Shown piece by piece: positions 50,401 to 59,193 of a stretch of DNA of 64,000 nt. Position 1 is the first letter of the stretch. Each line of letters begins with the position of its first letter. Made by a program: the position numbers and the translations under genes. This DNA is from Chloroflexota bacterium. GTDB lineage: Bacteria; Chloroflexota; Anaerolineae; UBA1429. The stretch spans positions 18,645 through 82,644 of the forward strand of contig DAIPBO010000012.1 in the NCBI GenBank assembly GCA_036774405.1. Direction: 5' to 3'. The notes under the pieces were generated by a model. That model saw nothing but the letters and a program-made list of their open reading frames with translations. It made no database searches and was not told the DNA's origin.

Positions 50401-50941
50401 CCACGGGCACACGCTCGTAGCCAGCGCGAACGAGGCGCTCGATCAGCGTATACATTGGCACGGCCTGTCCCTGATCGAGCGTCTGATGTGCGCGCAGCAG
50501 GGCGCGCGGAGTGACGGTCTTGGCCATCAGCGACCAGATCGAGGCGGTGATAAACAGCCCTTGTGGGGCAGCTGCGCCGCGGCTCTGCGCGGCCAGCTCA
50601 CTCAAGAGCGAGACGCGGGCCTGGATGGTCTCGCGATCCCACGGGGTGCGGTCATAAAAGATCGTGTCGGGTGCATGGTAGTAACGCACCAGAGCTGGAT
50701 CGTGAGCATAGCCCTGCACCTGCTCGGCAAGCTGACGGGCCGCGGCCGGCGTGCCGGTGACAAAGAGAACGGGGCCGCCCCAGTCGGCCTGGATGGCGGC
50801 CAGCAGCACTGGGCGAGCGGCCTCGAGCACATCCAGCGTGAGCGCCGCAAAGCGACGTTCGTCTCGCGCTGCCGATAGCTGCGTCAGCAGCTGTTGGTAT
50901 GTGGGGTGCGCACGCAACGGTGCCAGCAGGTTCAGTTTCAT
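47420..50941 (-). CDS. mfd: Transcription-repair coupling factor Mfd
   Basis: 1173 aa. UvrB-homology N-terminus, RNAP-interaction domain, and superfamily-2 translocase motifs (GDVGYGKTE, DEEQRFG). Confidence 0.95.
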   Translation of the reverse strand: MKLNLLAPLRAHPTYQQLLTQLSAARDERRFAALTLDVLEAARPVLLAAIQADWGGPVLFVTGTPAAARQLAEQVQGYAHDPALVRYYHAPDTIFYDRTPWDRETIQARVSLLSELAAQSRGAAAPQGLFITASIWSLMAKTVTPRALLRAHQTLDQGQAVPMYTLIERLVRAGYERVPVVEEPGTFAHRGSLVDVYPPGQHWPIRIDFFGDEIDSIRTFDASTQRTRKNLTSVALPPASEALPEWGLAAREALASWQLDGCNGVARARYQDDRDHLLERAYFRGIEYYTPYLYPNAATLTDYLPANALLLVDDVLTLETAALGLENQATSLRADMIRDGDLPANFAIAHLTWEELKTRLAGAISLGYGQQELQSPIGRLFVAAPHFGGQLEDGLAEAVRLSRDGQRLVLVSRQAERLATLLHQQQVPVTPTRELASLPAPGTISLIDGVVNEGWALPAADLLLLTDAELFGWVRKQRRREIAPRQSAPEALFADLQEGDYVVHLEYGIGVYRGLVRKSIGGVEREYLELAYEQGDRLFVPIHQADRVSRYLGADERQPRIHRLGGTEWAAVRERAEKAIRDIARDLLELYAAREVTPGMAFAADTEWQHELEASFAYEETDDQLRALAEIKADMERPKPMDRLVCGDVGYGKTEVALRAAFKAVMDGKQVAVLVPTTILAQQHFYTFRRRLRAFPVRVEMLSRFRSPDEQDEVILGLMEGSVDIVIGTHRLLSQDVSFHDLGLVVIDEEQRFGVTHKERLKQLRREVDVLTMTATPIPRTLHMSLSGIRDMSIIDTAPENRLAVRTVVASYEESAIRTAILREIDRNGQVYFVHNRVQDIDLVAAALHRIVPEASVVIGHGQMDEDELAQVMLDFAQGQYDVLLCTTIIESGLDIPNVNTIIIDDADHFGLAQLYQLRGRVGRGLNRGYAYLLYRPPLTEIATKRLQAIQEASELGAGLRVAMRDMEIRGAGEILGAEQHGHINAIGFDLYSRLLRRAVQEIRDASGESLEAVIRAQHRAAVEALSLDLGPSIDLPLSAHLPDDYIPDAALRLRLYRRLSHVKTLDDVAQIRDELRDRFGTMPAPVEDLFYLLEVKARAEQVGVIQIKSMEDEIVLVLPLLLTDNALARLNRQPDVRARGSRVWLQVGADWRDRLTAALGMMDRLELTPLTP

Positions 50942-50951
50942 ATGGCCTCGT

Positions 50952-51554
50952 CTAGAGGGGGAACAGCGGCTGCCCGTTGTAGAGGTTCATCGCTTCGTGA
51001 ACGCCTTGTTCTAGCAGCGTGCGCAGAACCTCGTCGACGCGCTGATGGGCTGCGGCGATGACGGGCTGCTGATCGCGATCAAAGTCGTTCAGCACATAGT
51101 CGGCGGGGTCTCCCGCGCTGGGGCGGCCGATGCCGATGCGCACACGGCAAAATGCCTGCGACTTGAGCATGGCGATGATGCTTTTCAGGCCATTGTGGCC
51201 GCCACTGCCGCCCTCAGGGCGCACGCGTACCTGCCCCAGCTCCAGGTCGAGATCATCATAGATGACGATGAGGTGATCCAGCGGCACCTTGAACCAACGT
51301 ACGAGCGGCGCCACAGCCTGCCCGCTCTCGTTCATAAAGGTCTGTGGCTGCGCCAACACTACACGCTTGCCGATGATGGCGCCCTCGCCAAAGGTCGCAC
51401 GAAAGCGACGCTTGTTGAGAGAGATGCCATACAGGCGCGCGATATAGTCGGTGGCCTGAAAGCCGATGTTGTGCCGGTTACCGGCGTACTGCCGGCCTGG
51501 GTTGCCCAGGCCGGCGATAAGATAGCGCTCCACGAGTTCCTCGGGGTCGAGCAC
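50952..51554 (-). CDS. pth: Peptidyl-tRNA hydrolase
   Basis: LIAGLGNPGRQYAGNRHNIGF is the Pth signature. Confidence 0.9.
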   Translation of the reverse strand: MLDPEELVERYLIAGLGNPGRQYAGNRHNIGFQATDYIARLYGISLNKRRFRATFGEGAIIGKRVVLAQPQTFMNESGQAVAPLVRWFKVPLDHLIVIYDDLDLELGQVRVRPEGGSGGHNGLKSIIAMLKSQAFCRVRIGIGRPSAGDPADYVLNDFDRDQQPVIAAAHQRVDEVLRTLLEQGVHEAMNLYNGQPLFPL

Positions 51555-51614
51555 AGTGCACCATCGTAGTGGCGCAGCAGCAAGCCAAGGTCGGATGGCC
51601 TGCCGCGCGGGCGC

Positions 51615-52307
51615 CTAAAGCAAGCGGCGGATGCCGAATACGATGCCCACCAACACGAACACGGCGCCCATGGCCAGCCCGCCATACATGGCCGACTGCC
51701 CCCACATCTTGACGTCAAGTGGAGACTCGCTCTCGGCCTCGGGGGCGGTCAGCGTGGGCGTTGGGGTGCCCTGTGCGGGGGCGCGGGTGGGCGCGATGAC
51801 GATAGGCGTTGGCGACACCCGCGGCGTGGCTGTGGGGGCAACCGCAGGCGTCCCCTCCTCTTGTACGGGCTCGGGCTCCTCCAGAGCGGGCGTCTCCGTG
51901 ACCTCTGGCGTCGGCGTTGAGGTGGGACGGGTGTTGGCCACCACCAGGTTACGCACAAAGAACTCTTCCCAGTTGCCATCTTGCTTGACGCCCTGCAGGC
52001 GCAGCGTATAGACGCCATCGGGCAAGACGGCGGTGTTCCACACTTCGAGCTGGCCGTTGATGACGGGCTGTTCGTGCAGCGACCCGATGACGGCCCACTC
52101 GCCTGGGTTGGCGCCTACGCCGAACTCGACTTTGTAGAACTGAAACGAGGGCACCGAGGCCGACCCGATGATGGGCACCATGCCACGCACCTCTTGCCCC
52201 ATCTCGGGCGATGTGATCTGCACCACCAGTTGCTGACCGGCCGTCGGCATCGCCAGGGCCAGCAGCAGGGTGATGAACGCCAGCGTTGCGAATGCTCGTT
52301 TGAGCAT
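51615..52307 (-). CDS. Secreted protein with N-terminal signal peptide, beta-rich domain, Pro/Thr-rich linker and C-terminal TM anchor
   Basis: 230 aa. The compositional domains are seen directly. No family recognised. Confidence 0.6.
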   Translation of the reverse strand: MLKRAFATLAFITLLLALAMPTAGQQLVVQITSPEMGQEVRGMVPIIGSASVPSFQFYKVEFGVGANPGEWAVIGSLHEQPVINGQLEVWNTAVLPDGVYTLRLQGVKQDGNWEEFFVRNLVVANTRPTSTPTPEVTETPALEEPEPVQEEGTPAVAPTATPRVSPTPIVIAPTRAPAQGTPTPTLTAPEAESESPLDVKMWGQSAMYGGLAMGAVFVLVGIVFGIRRLL

Positions 52308-52392
52308 GGGGATATCCTCTGTACCTCGTATGGTGCTGCGAGTTTACCACAATGGGCTGCCAGGGCCAAGCCAGAGCGGCGTAAAGGTGCGT

Positions 52393-52427
52393 TTGACCTG
52401 CAAGCACACAAACCTATACTGGGTATG
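52393..52427 (+). promoter_or_regulatory. Promoter TTGACC-16-TATACT, with an ATAC-N3-GTAT palindrome overlapping the -10 (candidate CsoR-type operator)
   Basis: TTGACC at 52393..52398, TATACT at 52415..52420. ATACTGGGTAT at 52416..52426. Confidence 0.5.
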
Positions 52428-52452
52428 AGCAGTCATCAGGAAGAGGCAGTCC

Positions 52453-52776
52453 ATGAGCAGCATCGAAGAACAGGCCGGCCCCAGCGATAGCGTGCAAGAA
52501 GAGATTCTGGCGCGGCTGCGCCGGGTCGAGGGACAGATTCGTGGCATCCAGCGCATGATCGTCGAAGGTCGCGATTGCGAGGCTGTGGCGACGCAGCTGC
52601 TGGCGGCCCGCGCCGCGCTAGATAAGGCGAGCGTGTTCATCATGAGCCACCATATCGAGCAGTGCCTGGTGGGCACTTCGGGGCGCACCGATCATGACCA
52701 GCTCGATCGGGTGGTGTCTTTCTTCATGCGCTTTGCATCTGGCCCGGCGACGGCCATCGAGAGCGAGGAGGAGTAA
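52453..52776 (+). CDS. CsoR/RcnR/FrmR-family metal- or formaldehyde-sensing transcriptional repressor
   Basis: 107 aa. DUF156 pattern (RLRRVEGQIRGIQRMIVEGRDC...H...C). Confidence 0.85.
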   Translation: MSSIEEQAGPSDSVQEEILARLRRVEGQIRGIQRMIVEGRDCEAVATQLLAARAALDKASVFIMSHHIEQCLVGTSGRTDHDQLDRVVSFFMRFASGPATAIESEEE

Positions 52777-53102
52777 TGGCGACCCTATCAAATGTGACAG
52801 ACAGCACCTTTGAATCAGAGGTACTCGGCGCTCAGGGAGCGGTGCTGGTCGACTTTTGGGCCGAATGGTGCGTGCCCTGCAAGATGCTGGCGCCGGTGCT
52901 CGAGAGGGTGGCTGGTGAGTTGGGCGACCAGGTGACCATCGTCAAGCTTGACGTGCAAGCCAACCCCGAGACGCCGACGCGCCTGGGCGTGCTCAATCTC
53001 CCTACCATGATTCTCTTTCGCGCTGGGCAAGAGCTCAAGCGGTTTGGCGGCGCCATGCCCGCAGGCAAGCTCAAACAGCAACTGCTCGAAACGCTGGCCT
53101 GA
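52776..53102 (+). CDS. trxA: Thioredoxin (active site WCVPC)
   Basis: 108 aa thioredoxin fold. CVPC instead of the canonical CGPC. Start overlaps the csoR stop. Confidence 0.9.
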   Translation: MATLSNVTDSTFESEVLGAQGAVLVDFWAEWCVPCKMLAPVLERVAGELGDQVTIVKLDVQANPETPTRLGVLNLPTMILFRAGQELKRFGGAMPAGKLKQQLLETLA

Positions 53103-53111
53103 GAATGCAGA

Positions 53112-53142
53112 GGCCCCGCCAACACCCGGCGGGGCCTTTTTG
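53112..53142 (+). terminator. Intrinsic terminator after trxA (aggccccgcc / ggcggggcct plus T5)
   Basis: Seen directly. Confidence 0.85.
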
Positions 53143-53157
53143 ATCACAGTGCGATGG

Positions 53158-54492
53158 CTAGCTGAATTGCGGCAGCCAACGTGCCTCGGCGGCGAACAGC
53201 TCGGCGGTCATCTCGCGGATCTGAGGCAATGTGCAGACAGCCGCTGTGAGCGGGTCCATCATCAGCGCGTGCACGATCATCTCGCGGTCGCCAGCAAGCG
53301 AGCCCGATACGGCCAGCTCTTGTACGGCGATGTTGCTGCGGTTGAGCGCCGCCAGTACGGGGGGCAGCGCGCCTACGTGACACGGCTGGATGCCGTTGCC
53401 ATCGACGACACAAGGCACCTCGACCGAGCAGCCCTGTGGCAGGTTGGTGATGAGCTCTGTGTTGGGGACGTTGCCATAGATGACGGTGGGCGTGTCGGAG
53501 ACCATCGCCTCGATGATGTACGAGCCGTACTCGTTCGAGCGCTCGTCGGGCAGGCGCCGTGTGCCAGCGATCTGCTCATTCACCTCATCGAGATAGTCAT
53601 GCAAGCGCGCTTTGCAGTGGTTGAGATAACCAGCATTGCCGCCAAAGGCGATCCAGTGGTCGTGAGGGTCTTTGAAGCGAGGCACCAGCTCCTGCTCGAT
53701 CATGGCCTGAGACTTGCGAAAGTAGGGCACATACTCCGAGGCATGACCGCTCGACTCGGTGACAAAGTAGCCAAACTGCTCAAACTCTTCGATGCGAATG
53801 GGCTCTTGGCCGCGCAGCATCGGATCTTTTACGGCCTCTCGCAACAGGGGATAGGCGTCTTGCCCCTTCCAGGTGAGGTCGAGAAACCAGGCCATGTGAT
53901 TGATGCCTGCCACGCGGTAGCGCAACTCCTCGAACGGGGCGTCGATGAACCGCGCCAGCATGGCCGCTGTGCCCTGCACGCTGTGGCACAGCCCCACGTA
54001 GGGGCGGCCTGCGCCAGCAGCCACGCCCCAGCTGTTGATGGCCATGGGGTTGCTATAGTTGATCAGCAACGCCCTGTCATCGCAGAGCTCGTTCATATCC
54101 TGGCAGATGTCGAGCAGGACAGGGACGGTGCGCAGACCGCGGAACACGCCGCCAGGGCCCAGCGTGTCGCCCACACACTGGCCCACGCCATAGCGCAGGG
54201 GGATTTCGATGTCGAGCTCGTAGGCCTCGAGGCCGCCCACCTGAATGGTGGTGATGCAAAAGTCGGCGCCATCCAGGGCCTCGCGACGGTCCAGCGTGGC
54301 CTCAACGCGGGCGGGTAGGTTGCGGGCCGTCACCATCTTGTGCACCAGCGCACGCGCCGTCTCTAGGCGCTGCGCGTCGATATCCATCAGGGTGATGGTG
54401 GCGTTCTGCAGTGCGGGCGCCATCAGAATGTCGCTGGTCAGGTTGCGTGTGAACACAACACTGCCCGCGCCGATGATCGCGATCTTGGTCAT
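53158..54492 (-). CDS. Glycoside hydrolase family 4 (NAD+/Mn2+-dependent alpha-glucosidase/alpha-galactosidase type)
   Basis: MTKIAIIGAGSVVFT Rossmann N-terminus, NYSNPM, and GLCHS motifs. Start at MTKIAII; the track ORF is N-terminally extended. Confidence 0.85.
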   Translation of the reverse strand: MTKIAIIGAGSVVFTRNLTSDILMAPALQNATITLMDIDAQRLETARALVHKMVTARNLPARVEATLDRREALDGADFCITTIQVGGLEAYELDIEIPLRYGVGQCVGDTLGPGGVFRGLRTVPVLLDICQDMNELCDDRALLINYSNPMAINSWGVAAGAGRPYVGLCHSVQGTAAMLARFIDAPFEELRYRVAGINHMAWFLDLTWKGQDAYPLLREAVKDPMLRGQEPIRIEEFEQFGYFVTESSGHASEYVPYFRKSQAMIEQELVPRFKDPHDHWIAFGGNAGYLNHCKARLHDYLDEVNEQIAGTRRLPDERSNEYGSYIIEAMVSDTPTVIYGNVPNTELITNLPQGCSVEVPCVVDGNGIQPCHVGALPPVLAALNRSNIAVQELAVSGSLAGDREMIVHALMMDPLTAAVCTLPQIREMTAELFAAEARWLPQFS

Positions 54493-54564
54493 GGGGCACC
54501 TCCAGAGGCCTAGCTGTACGGCGATGATAGCCGCCAGAATCGGCATCGCCAAGTAGACGTAAGT

Positions 54565-54643
54565 TTGCAGTCACGGGCCCACGATGATATACTAGGGTGA
54601 AAGACTTTCCAGGGAAAGTGGGTGCGGTCGTCCCACTTTTTTT
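54565..54643 (+). promoter_or_regulatory. Promoter (TTGCAG-17-TATACT) followed by a leader hairpin plus U7 (terminator/attenuator) upstream of nusA
   Basis: TTGCAG at 54565..54570, TATACT at 54588..54593. Hairpin agtggg / cccact at 54617..54637 plus ttttttt at 54637..54643. The nusA ATG is at 54681. Confidence 0.5.
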
Positions 54644-54680
54644 CTGTTAGCGGCTGATAGCCTGGAGGTAAGGGAGCAGC

Positions 54681-56252
54681 ATGAAGAGCGAGTTTGAGCG
54701 TGCGATAACGCAGCTCAGCGCAGACCGCAACCTGGCGCCCGAGGTTATCCTCGAAGCCATTGAACAGTCGCTGGTGCTTGCCTATAAGAAACACTTTGGT
54801 GCCACTCAAAGCGTCGTGGTCAAGATTGACCCGCACACGGGTGCAGCGCAAGTGTATGTGATGAAACAGGTTGTGGATCAGGTGCTGGATCCCATGCTCG
54901 AGATCGAGCTGCCCGCGGCGCGGGCCCTGCAACCCACTGCCAAAGTAGGCGATCTGGTCGAGGTTGAGGAGCACCCCGAGAACTTTGGGCGCATCGCGGC
55001 GCAGACAGCCAAACAGGTGATCACGCAGCGCATCAAAGAGGCCGAGCGTGACACGGTGTATGCCGAGTTCGAGGGCCGCGTGGGCGAGATCATCAACGGC
55101 GTGGTGCGCAATGTGGACGCACGCACGCATAATGTGACCATCAGCCTGGGCAAGGCCGAGGCCGTGTTGCCGCGAGGGGAACAGATCCCGGGAGAGCACT
55201 ATCGCTTTAACCAGCGAGTGCGCGCCTATGTGGATGATGTCTCGCGCGATGCGCGCGGACCGCAGATCACCGTCTCTCGCACCCATCCAGACCTTCTCAA
55301 GCGCTTGCTGGAGCTTGAGGTGCCCGAGATCGCCAACGGCATCGTCGAGGTCAAGCGCATCGCCCGCGAGCCGGGCTACCGCTCCAAGATCGCCGTGGCG
55401 GCGCTGCAGAGCGGTGTCGACCCCGTAGGCTCGTGTGTGGGCATGCGTGGTGTGCGCATTCAGAACATCGTCAACGAGTTGAGTGGCGAAAAGATCGATG
55501 TGGTCGAATGGTCGTCGGATGAGCGCGAGTTTATCTCGAACTCGCTGAGCCCGGCCAAGGCAGTGCAAGTGCTGCTCGATAATGTCGAGCGACTGGCGAT
55601 CGTCATCGTTCCCGACCGTGCACTATCACTGGCCATTGGCAAAGAGGGTCAGAATGCGCGCCTGGCGGCCAAACTCACGGGTTGGCGCATCGACATCAAG
55701 AGCGAGACCGAGGCGGCCGAAGAGGCCGAGGTATTGGCCCAGCAGCTGGCCGAGGCCGAAGAGCGCTCGCGTCAGCTTGAGGAGCAGCGCCGTGCGGCGG
55801 CCGAGTTGCTGCTGCAGGCTGAAGCGCTGATGGATGCAGAGAGCGAACTCGACCAGAGCGAGGCCGACCTGGTGTGGGACGAGACTGCTGAACCGGTGAC
55901 CGAGCCAGAGGTCGCAGCCCTTGAGGTTGACGAAGAGCTCGAGCTCGAGCACGAGCAGGAAGAGGCCGATGTTGAGCCCGAGCCGCTTGTGGCAGATGCC
56001 ACGGCAGAGCCGGTTGACGAGGTTGAGGCAGTTGAGCCTGGGGCTGAGCAAGACGAAGAATGGCTCCGTCAGGCCGCGTCAGAAGATGCCGGTGAGGAAG
56101 GCGAAGACGAGGACGAGGACGACGGAGAGCGTGGCCGTGGCCGCAAAAAGGGCCGTCGGCTCGAGTATGATGAGAGGCTGGGCCGCGTGGTAGCGCGCAA
56201 GCAGCACAAGCAGCGCGGCCGCCGCGACTGGTCGGCAGACTGGGAAGAGTAG
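54681..56252 (+). CDS. nusA: Transcription termination/antitermination factor NusA with long acidic C-terminal extension
   Basis: 523 aa. N-terminal RNAP-binding domain, S1, and KH1/KH2 (IGKEGQNARLAAKLTGWRIDI). The C-terminal ~170 aa are a Glu/Asp-rich low-complexity tail ending basic. Confidence 0.95.
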   Translation: MKSEFERAITQLSADRNLAPEVILEAIEQSLVLAYKKHFGATQSVVVKIDPHTGAAQVYVMKQVVDQVLDPMLEIELPAARALQPTAKVGDLVEVEEHPENFGRIAAQTAKQVITQRIKEAERDTVYAEFEGRVGEIINGVVRNVDARTHNVTISLGKAEAVLPRGEQIPGEHYRFNQRVRAYVDDVSRDARGPQITVSRTHPDLLKRLLELEVPEIANGIVEVKRIAREPGYRSKIAVAALQSGVDPVGSCVGMRGVRIQNIVNELSGEKIDVVEWSSDEREFISNSLSPAKAVQVLLDNVERLAIVIVPDRALSLAIGKEGQNARLAAKLTGWRIDIKSETEAAEEAEVLAQQLAEAEERSRQLEEQRRAAAELLLQAEALMDAESELDQSEADLVWDETAEPVTEPEVAALEVDEELELEHEQEEADVEPEPLVADATAEPVDEVEAVEPGAEQDEEWLRQAASEDAGEEGEDEDEDDGERGRGRKKGRRLEYDERLGRVVARKQHKQRGRRDWSADWEE

Positions 56253-56265
56253 CCGAGGCATCCAG

Positions 56266-56595
56266 ATGCCACCGAAACCACGACGTCAACCACAGAGGAC
56301 TTGTGTCGCCTGCCGCCAGGTGGCCGGTAAGCGAGGTCTGGTGCGCGTGGTGCGCACGCCGGCGGGAGAGGTGTCTATCGACGCCACCGGCCGACTGTCG
56401 GGCCGCGGGGCCTATCTCTGTGCTCGGCGCTCTTGCTGGGATCTGGCGCTCAAGCGTAAGGCGCTCGATCGTGCCCTCAAGGTAACGCTCGATGCCGCCA
56501 CGGTTGAGCGGCTGGCCGCCTTTGGTCGCGATCTACCAGACGAAGCTGATGAAGGCGCCGACACTGACGCCGCAATGACGAATCAGGATGCATAA
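56266..56595 (+). CDS. ylxR: YlxR-family (DUF448) RNA-binding protein
   Basis: CVACR...GRGAYLC motif. Conserved position between nusA and infB. Confidence 0.85.
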   Translation: MPPKPRRQPQRTCVACRQVAGKRGLVRVVRTPAGEVSIDATGRLSGRGAYLCARRSCWDLALKRKALDRALKVTLDAATVERLAAFGRDLPDEADEGADTDAAMTNQDA

Positions 56596-56794
56596 GCAAG
56601 ACACGGTCGCCATGAATCTGGAGAAGGAGCCTATGGCCTGACGCTGATGCCTGGCGGTGCAGCCGCCTGCAGCGCCCCAGAGGCCCCTCTCTCAGAGCAG
56701 CAATCGGTCTATGACGCTCTGAGTGGCCACAGACCTTTGTTGAGGGTGTGGCCCTCAGAGGTGTAGAGCCATAGAGCTCGAAAGGAGAGGACAC

Positions 56795-58789
56795 ATGGAC
56801 GCAAGATCAGGCGCCGGGAGTAGGCGCATGGGCGCACCATCACGCTCAGCAAATGATGCTGGCAGTCAGGCCCGTGGCCGACGCGGGGGGGGCTCCGCGG
56901 GTCGCTCTGGGCGCGGAGGCCAGCGTTCTGACGGCAATCGTTCCTCTCGCCCCGCTGCCCGGCCTGTGCCAGCAGGCCGTCGACCCGCCCCCGAACCCGA
57001 GCCTCAGGTCAGCGAACTGGTGCTGCCCGACGCCATCACGGTGCATGACCTGGCCAATCTGATGAAGCGTAGCCCCATCGATCTGATCAAAGAGCTGATG
57101 AACGCTGGCATCATGGCCAACATCAACCAGGTCATCGACCGCGACACGGCAACCATCGTGGCCGAGGACATGGGCTTTACCGTGGTCGAGCCCGAGGCAC
57201 CCGTGGTCGAAGAGGTCGAAGAAGAAGCTCCTACTACGGTCACCGTGGTACAGCAGCGCGAGTATGCTGAAGATGAGCTGTCGCAGCTCGAGTCGCGCCC
57301 GCCCGTTGTCACCATTCTGGGCCATGTTGACCATGGCAAGACCTCTCTGCTCGATGTGATCAGGGCGACCAACGTTCAGGCTGGTGAGGCCGGCGGCATC
57401 ACGCAGCACATCGGCGCCTATCAGGTCGATGTGGGTGGCAAGCGCATCACTTTTCTGGACACACCCGGCCATGAGGCCTTTACGGCCATGCGCGCTCGAG
57501 GCGCCAACGTCACCGATATCGCCGTGCTGGTGGTGGCGGCCGACGACGGCGTTCAACCGCAAACGCGCGAGGCTATCAATCACGCCCGTGCAGCGCATGT
57601 GCCCATCATCGTGGCCATCAACAAGGTCGATCTGCCCTCTGCCAACGTCGACAACGCCATGAACCAGTTGGCCGATTTGGGCCTGGTGCCCGAAGATTGG
57701 GGTGGCGAGACGATCTGCGTGCCCGTTTCGGCGCGTACGCGGCTCAACATCGACACGCTGCTCGATAACATCCTGGTGGTAGCCGAGCTCTCGAACCTGC
57801 GCGCCAACCCCCAGCGTACGCCTTCGGGGCATGTGCTCGAATCGCGCCTCGACCGTGGGCAAGGCGCCACGGCCACGCTGCTGGTGCGCGAGGGCACCCT
57901 CTCAGTGGGAGATACGGTGCTGGCAGGCACCGCCTATGGCCGCATCCGTGCGATGTATGACTTTCAGGGCAACCCTACTGACAAAGTCACGCCGTCGACG
58001 CCGGTGATGGTCACCGGCTTGCGCGAGGTGCCCACTGCTGGCGAGGGCTTTGAGGTGGTCGAGAGCGAGCGCAAGGCCCGCGAGGTCGTCGAAGAGCGCC
58101 TGCAGGCAGCCAGAAACCAGACGGTGAGGCCGGCTGGCGCCTTGACGCTGGAAGAGGTGTATGCGCAGGCGCAGGCTGGCGCGGTGCAATCGCTCAACCT
58201 CGTGCTCAAGGTTGACGTGCAGGGCAGCATCGAACCGATCCGCTCGTCGCTGGAGCAACTCGAGGTAGGCGATCTCAAGGTGGATTTCATCCATACTGGC
58301 GTGGGCACCATCACCGAGTCTGACGTGATGCTCGCAGTGGCCTCGCAGGCCATCATCGTGGGTTTTAACGTGACGGTGGATGGCGCTGCAGAGCGCCAGG
58401 CCGAGGCCGATGGCGTGCAGATCCGCACGTACAACATCATCTATCGCCTGATCGAAGACCTGCAAAAGGCGCTCGAGGGTATGCTGGCGCCCGAGTTCGA
58501 GGAAAAGCTGCAGGGCCGTGCCACGGTGCGGCAGGTGTTCAGCATTCCGCGGGTGGGCGTTATCGCCGGCTGCCGCGTAATCGAGGGGCGCGCAGTGCGT
58601 AATGCCAAAGCGCGCGTGATGCGCGATGGTCGCATGATCCACGAGGGACAGGTGAACTCACTGAAGCGGTTCACCGATGACGTCCGTGATGTGGCCACCG
58701 GCTATGAGTGTGGTGTGGGCATCGCCGACGCCAAAGACCTGCAGCCCGAGGATATCATCGAGTTCTACACCATGGAGATCAAGCAGTAA
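56795..58789 (+). CDS. infB: Translation initiation factor IF-2
   Basis: 664 aa. Arg/Gly-rich N-terminus, G-domain ([24 protein letters not shown]) and C-terminal beta-barrels. ATG after GGAGAGG. Confidence 0.95.
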   Translation: MDARSGAGSRRMGAPSRSANDAGSQARGRRGGGSAGRSGRGGQRSDGNRSSRPAARPVPAGRRPAPEPEPQVSELVLPDAITVHDLANLMKRSPIDLIKELMNAGIMANINQVIDRDTATIVAEDMGFTVVEPEAPVVEEVEEEAPTTVTVVQQREYAEDELSQLESRPPVVTILGHVDHGKTSLLDVIRATNVQAGEAGGITQHIGAYQVDVGGKRITFLDTPGHEAFTAMRARGANVTDIAVLVVAADDGVQPQTREAINHARAAHVPIIVAINKVDLPSANVDNAMNQLADLGLVPEDWGGETICVPVSARTRLNIDTLLDNILVVAELSNLRANPQRTPSGHVLESRLDRGQGATATLLVREGTLSVGDTVLAGTAYGRIRAMYDFQGNPTDKVTPSTPVMVTGLREVPTAGEGFEVVESERKAREVVEERLQAARNQTVRPAGALTLEEVYAQAQAGAVQSLNLVLKVDVQGSIEPIRSSLEQLEVGDLKVDFIHTGVGTITESDVMLAVASQAIIVGFNVTVDGAAERQAEADGVQIRTYNIIYRLIEDLQKALEGMLAPEFEEKLQGRATVRQVFSIPRVGVIAGCRVIEGRAVRNAKARVMRDGRMIHEGQVNSLKRFTDDVRDVATGYECGVGIADAKDLQPEDIIEFYTMEIKQ

Positions 58790-58800
58790 GCGAGGGCGAG

Positions 58801-59193
58801 ATGGCTTTTCGCCGAGAACGAGGCGACAGCTTTATCCGCGAGGAGCTGACGCTGGCGATCCGTAATGAGCTTAGTGATCCGCGCATCGAGGGGGCTGTGG
58901 TCACCGAGGTAGAATTGACCAAGGATCGGCGCTTTGCGCGGGTGTATGTATCGCACTATGAGGGCGAAGAAGCGCTGCAGGCGGCGCTGGCGGGGCTCGA
59001 GGGCGCCAAGGGCGTGCTGCGGCGACATCTGAGCCAGGTGCTCGCCTGGCGCTTTACGCCAGAGTTGGGCTTTTATGCCGATCGTGCCTGGGCCCATGGC
59101 GCGCGCATAGATGCCCTGTTCGAGCAACTCGAGCAAGAGCAGGGGCCAGACGTCATGGACAGCGACGAGCAGGATGACGCCGACGATGAATGA
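58801..59193 (+). CDS. rbfA: Ribosome-binding factor A with acidic C-terminal tail
   Basis: RbfA pattern (RVYVSHY..., KH-like). Start is the ATG at 58801; the track ORF is extended. Confidence 0.9.
   Translation: MAFRRERGDSFIREELTLAIRNELSDPRIEGAVVTEVELTKDRRFARVYVSHYEGEEALQAALAGLEGAKGVLRRHLSQVLAWRFTPELGFYADRAWAHGARIDALFEQLEQEQGPDVMDSDEQDDADDE

Noticed and set aside
53044-54318. 424-aa plus-strand ORF
   Set aside because: Antisense to the GH4 glycosidase gene.
54510-55568. 352-aa minus-strand ORF
   Set aside because: Antisense to nusA and its leader.
56846-57862. 338-aa minus-strand ORF
   Set aside because: Antisense to infB.
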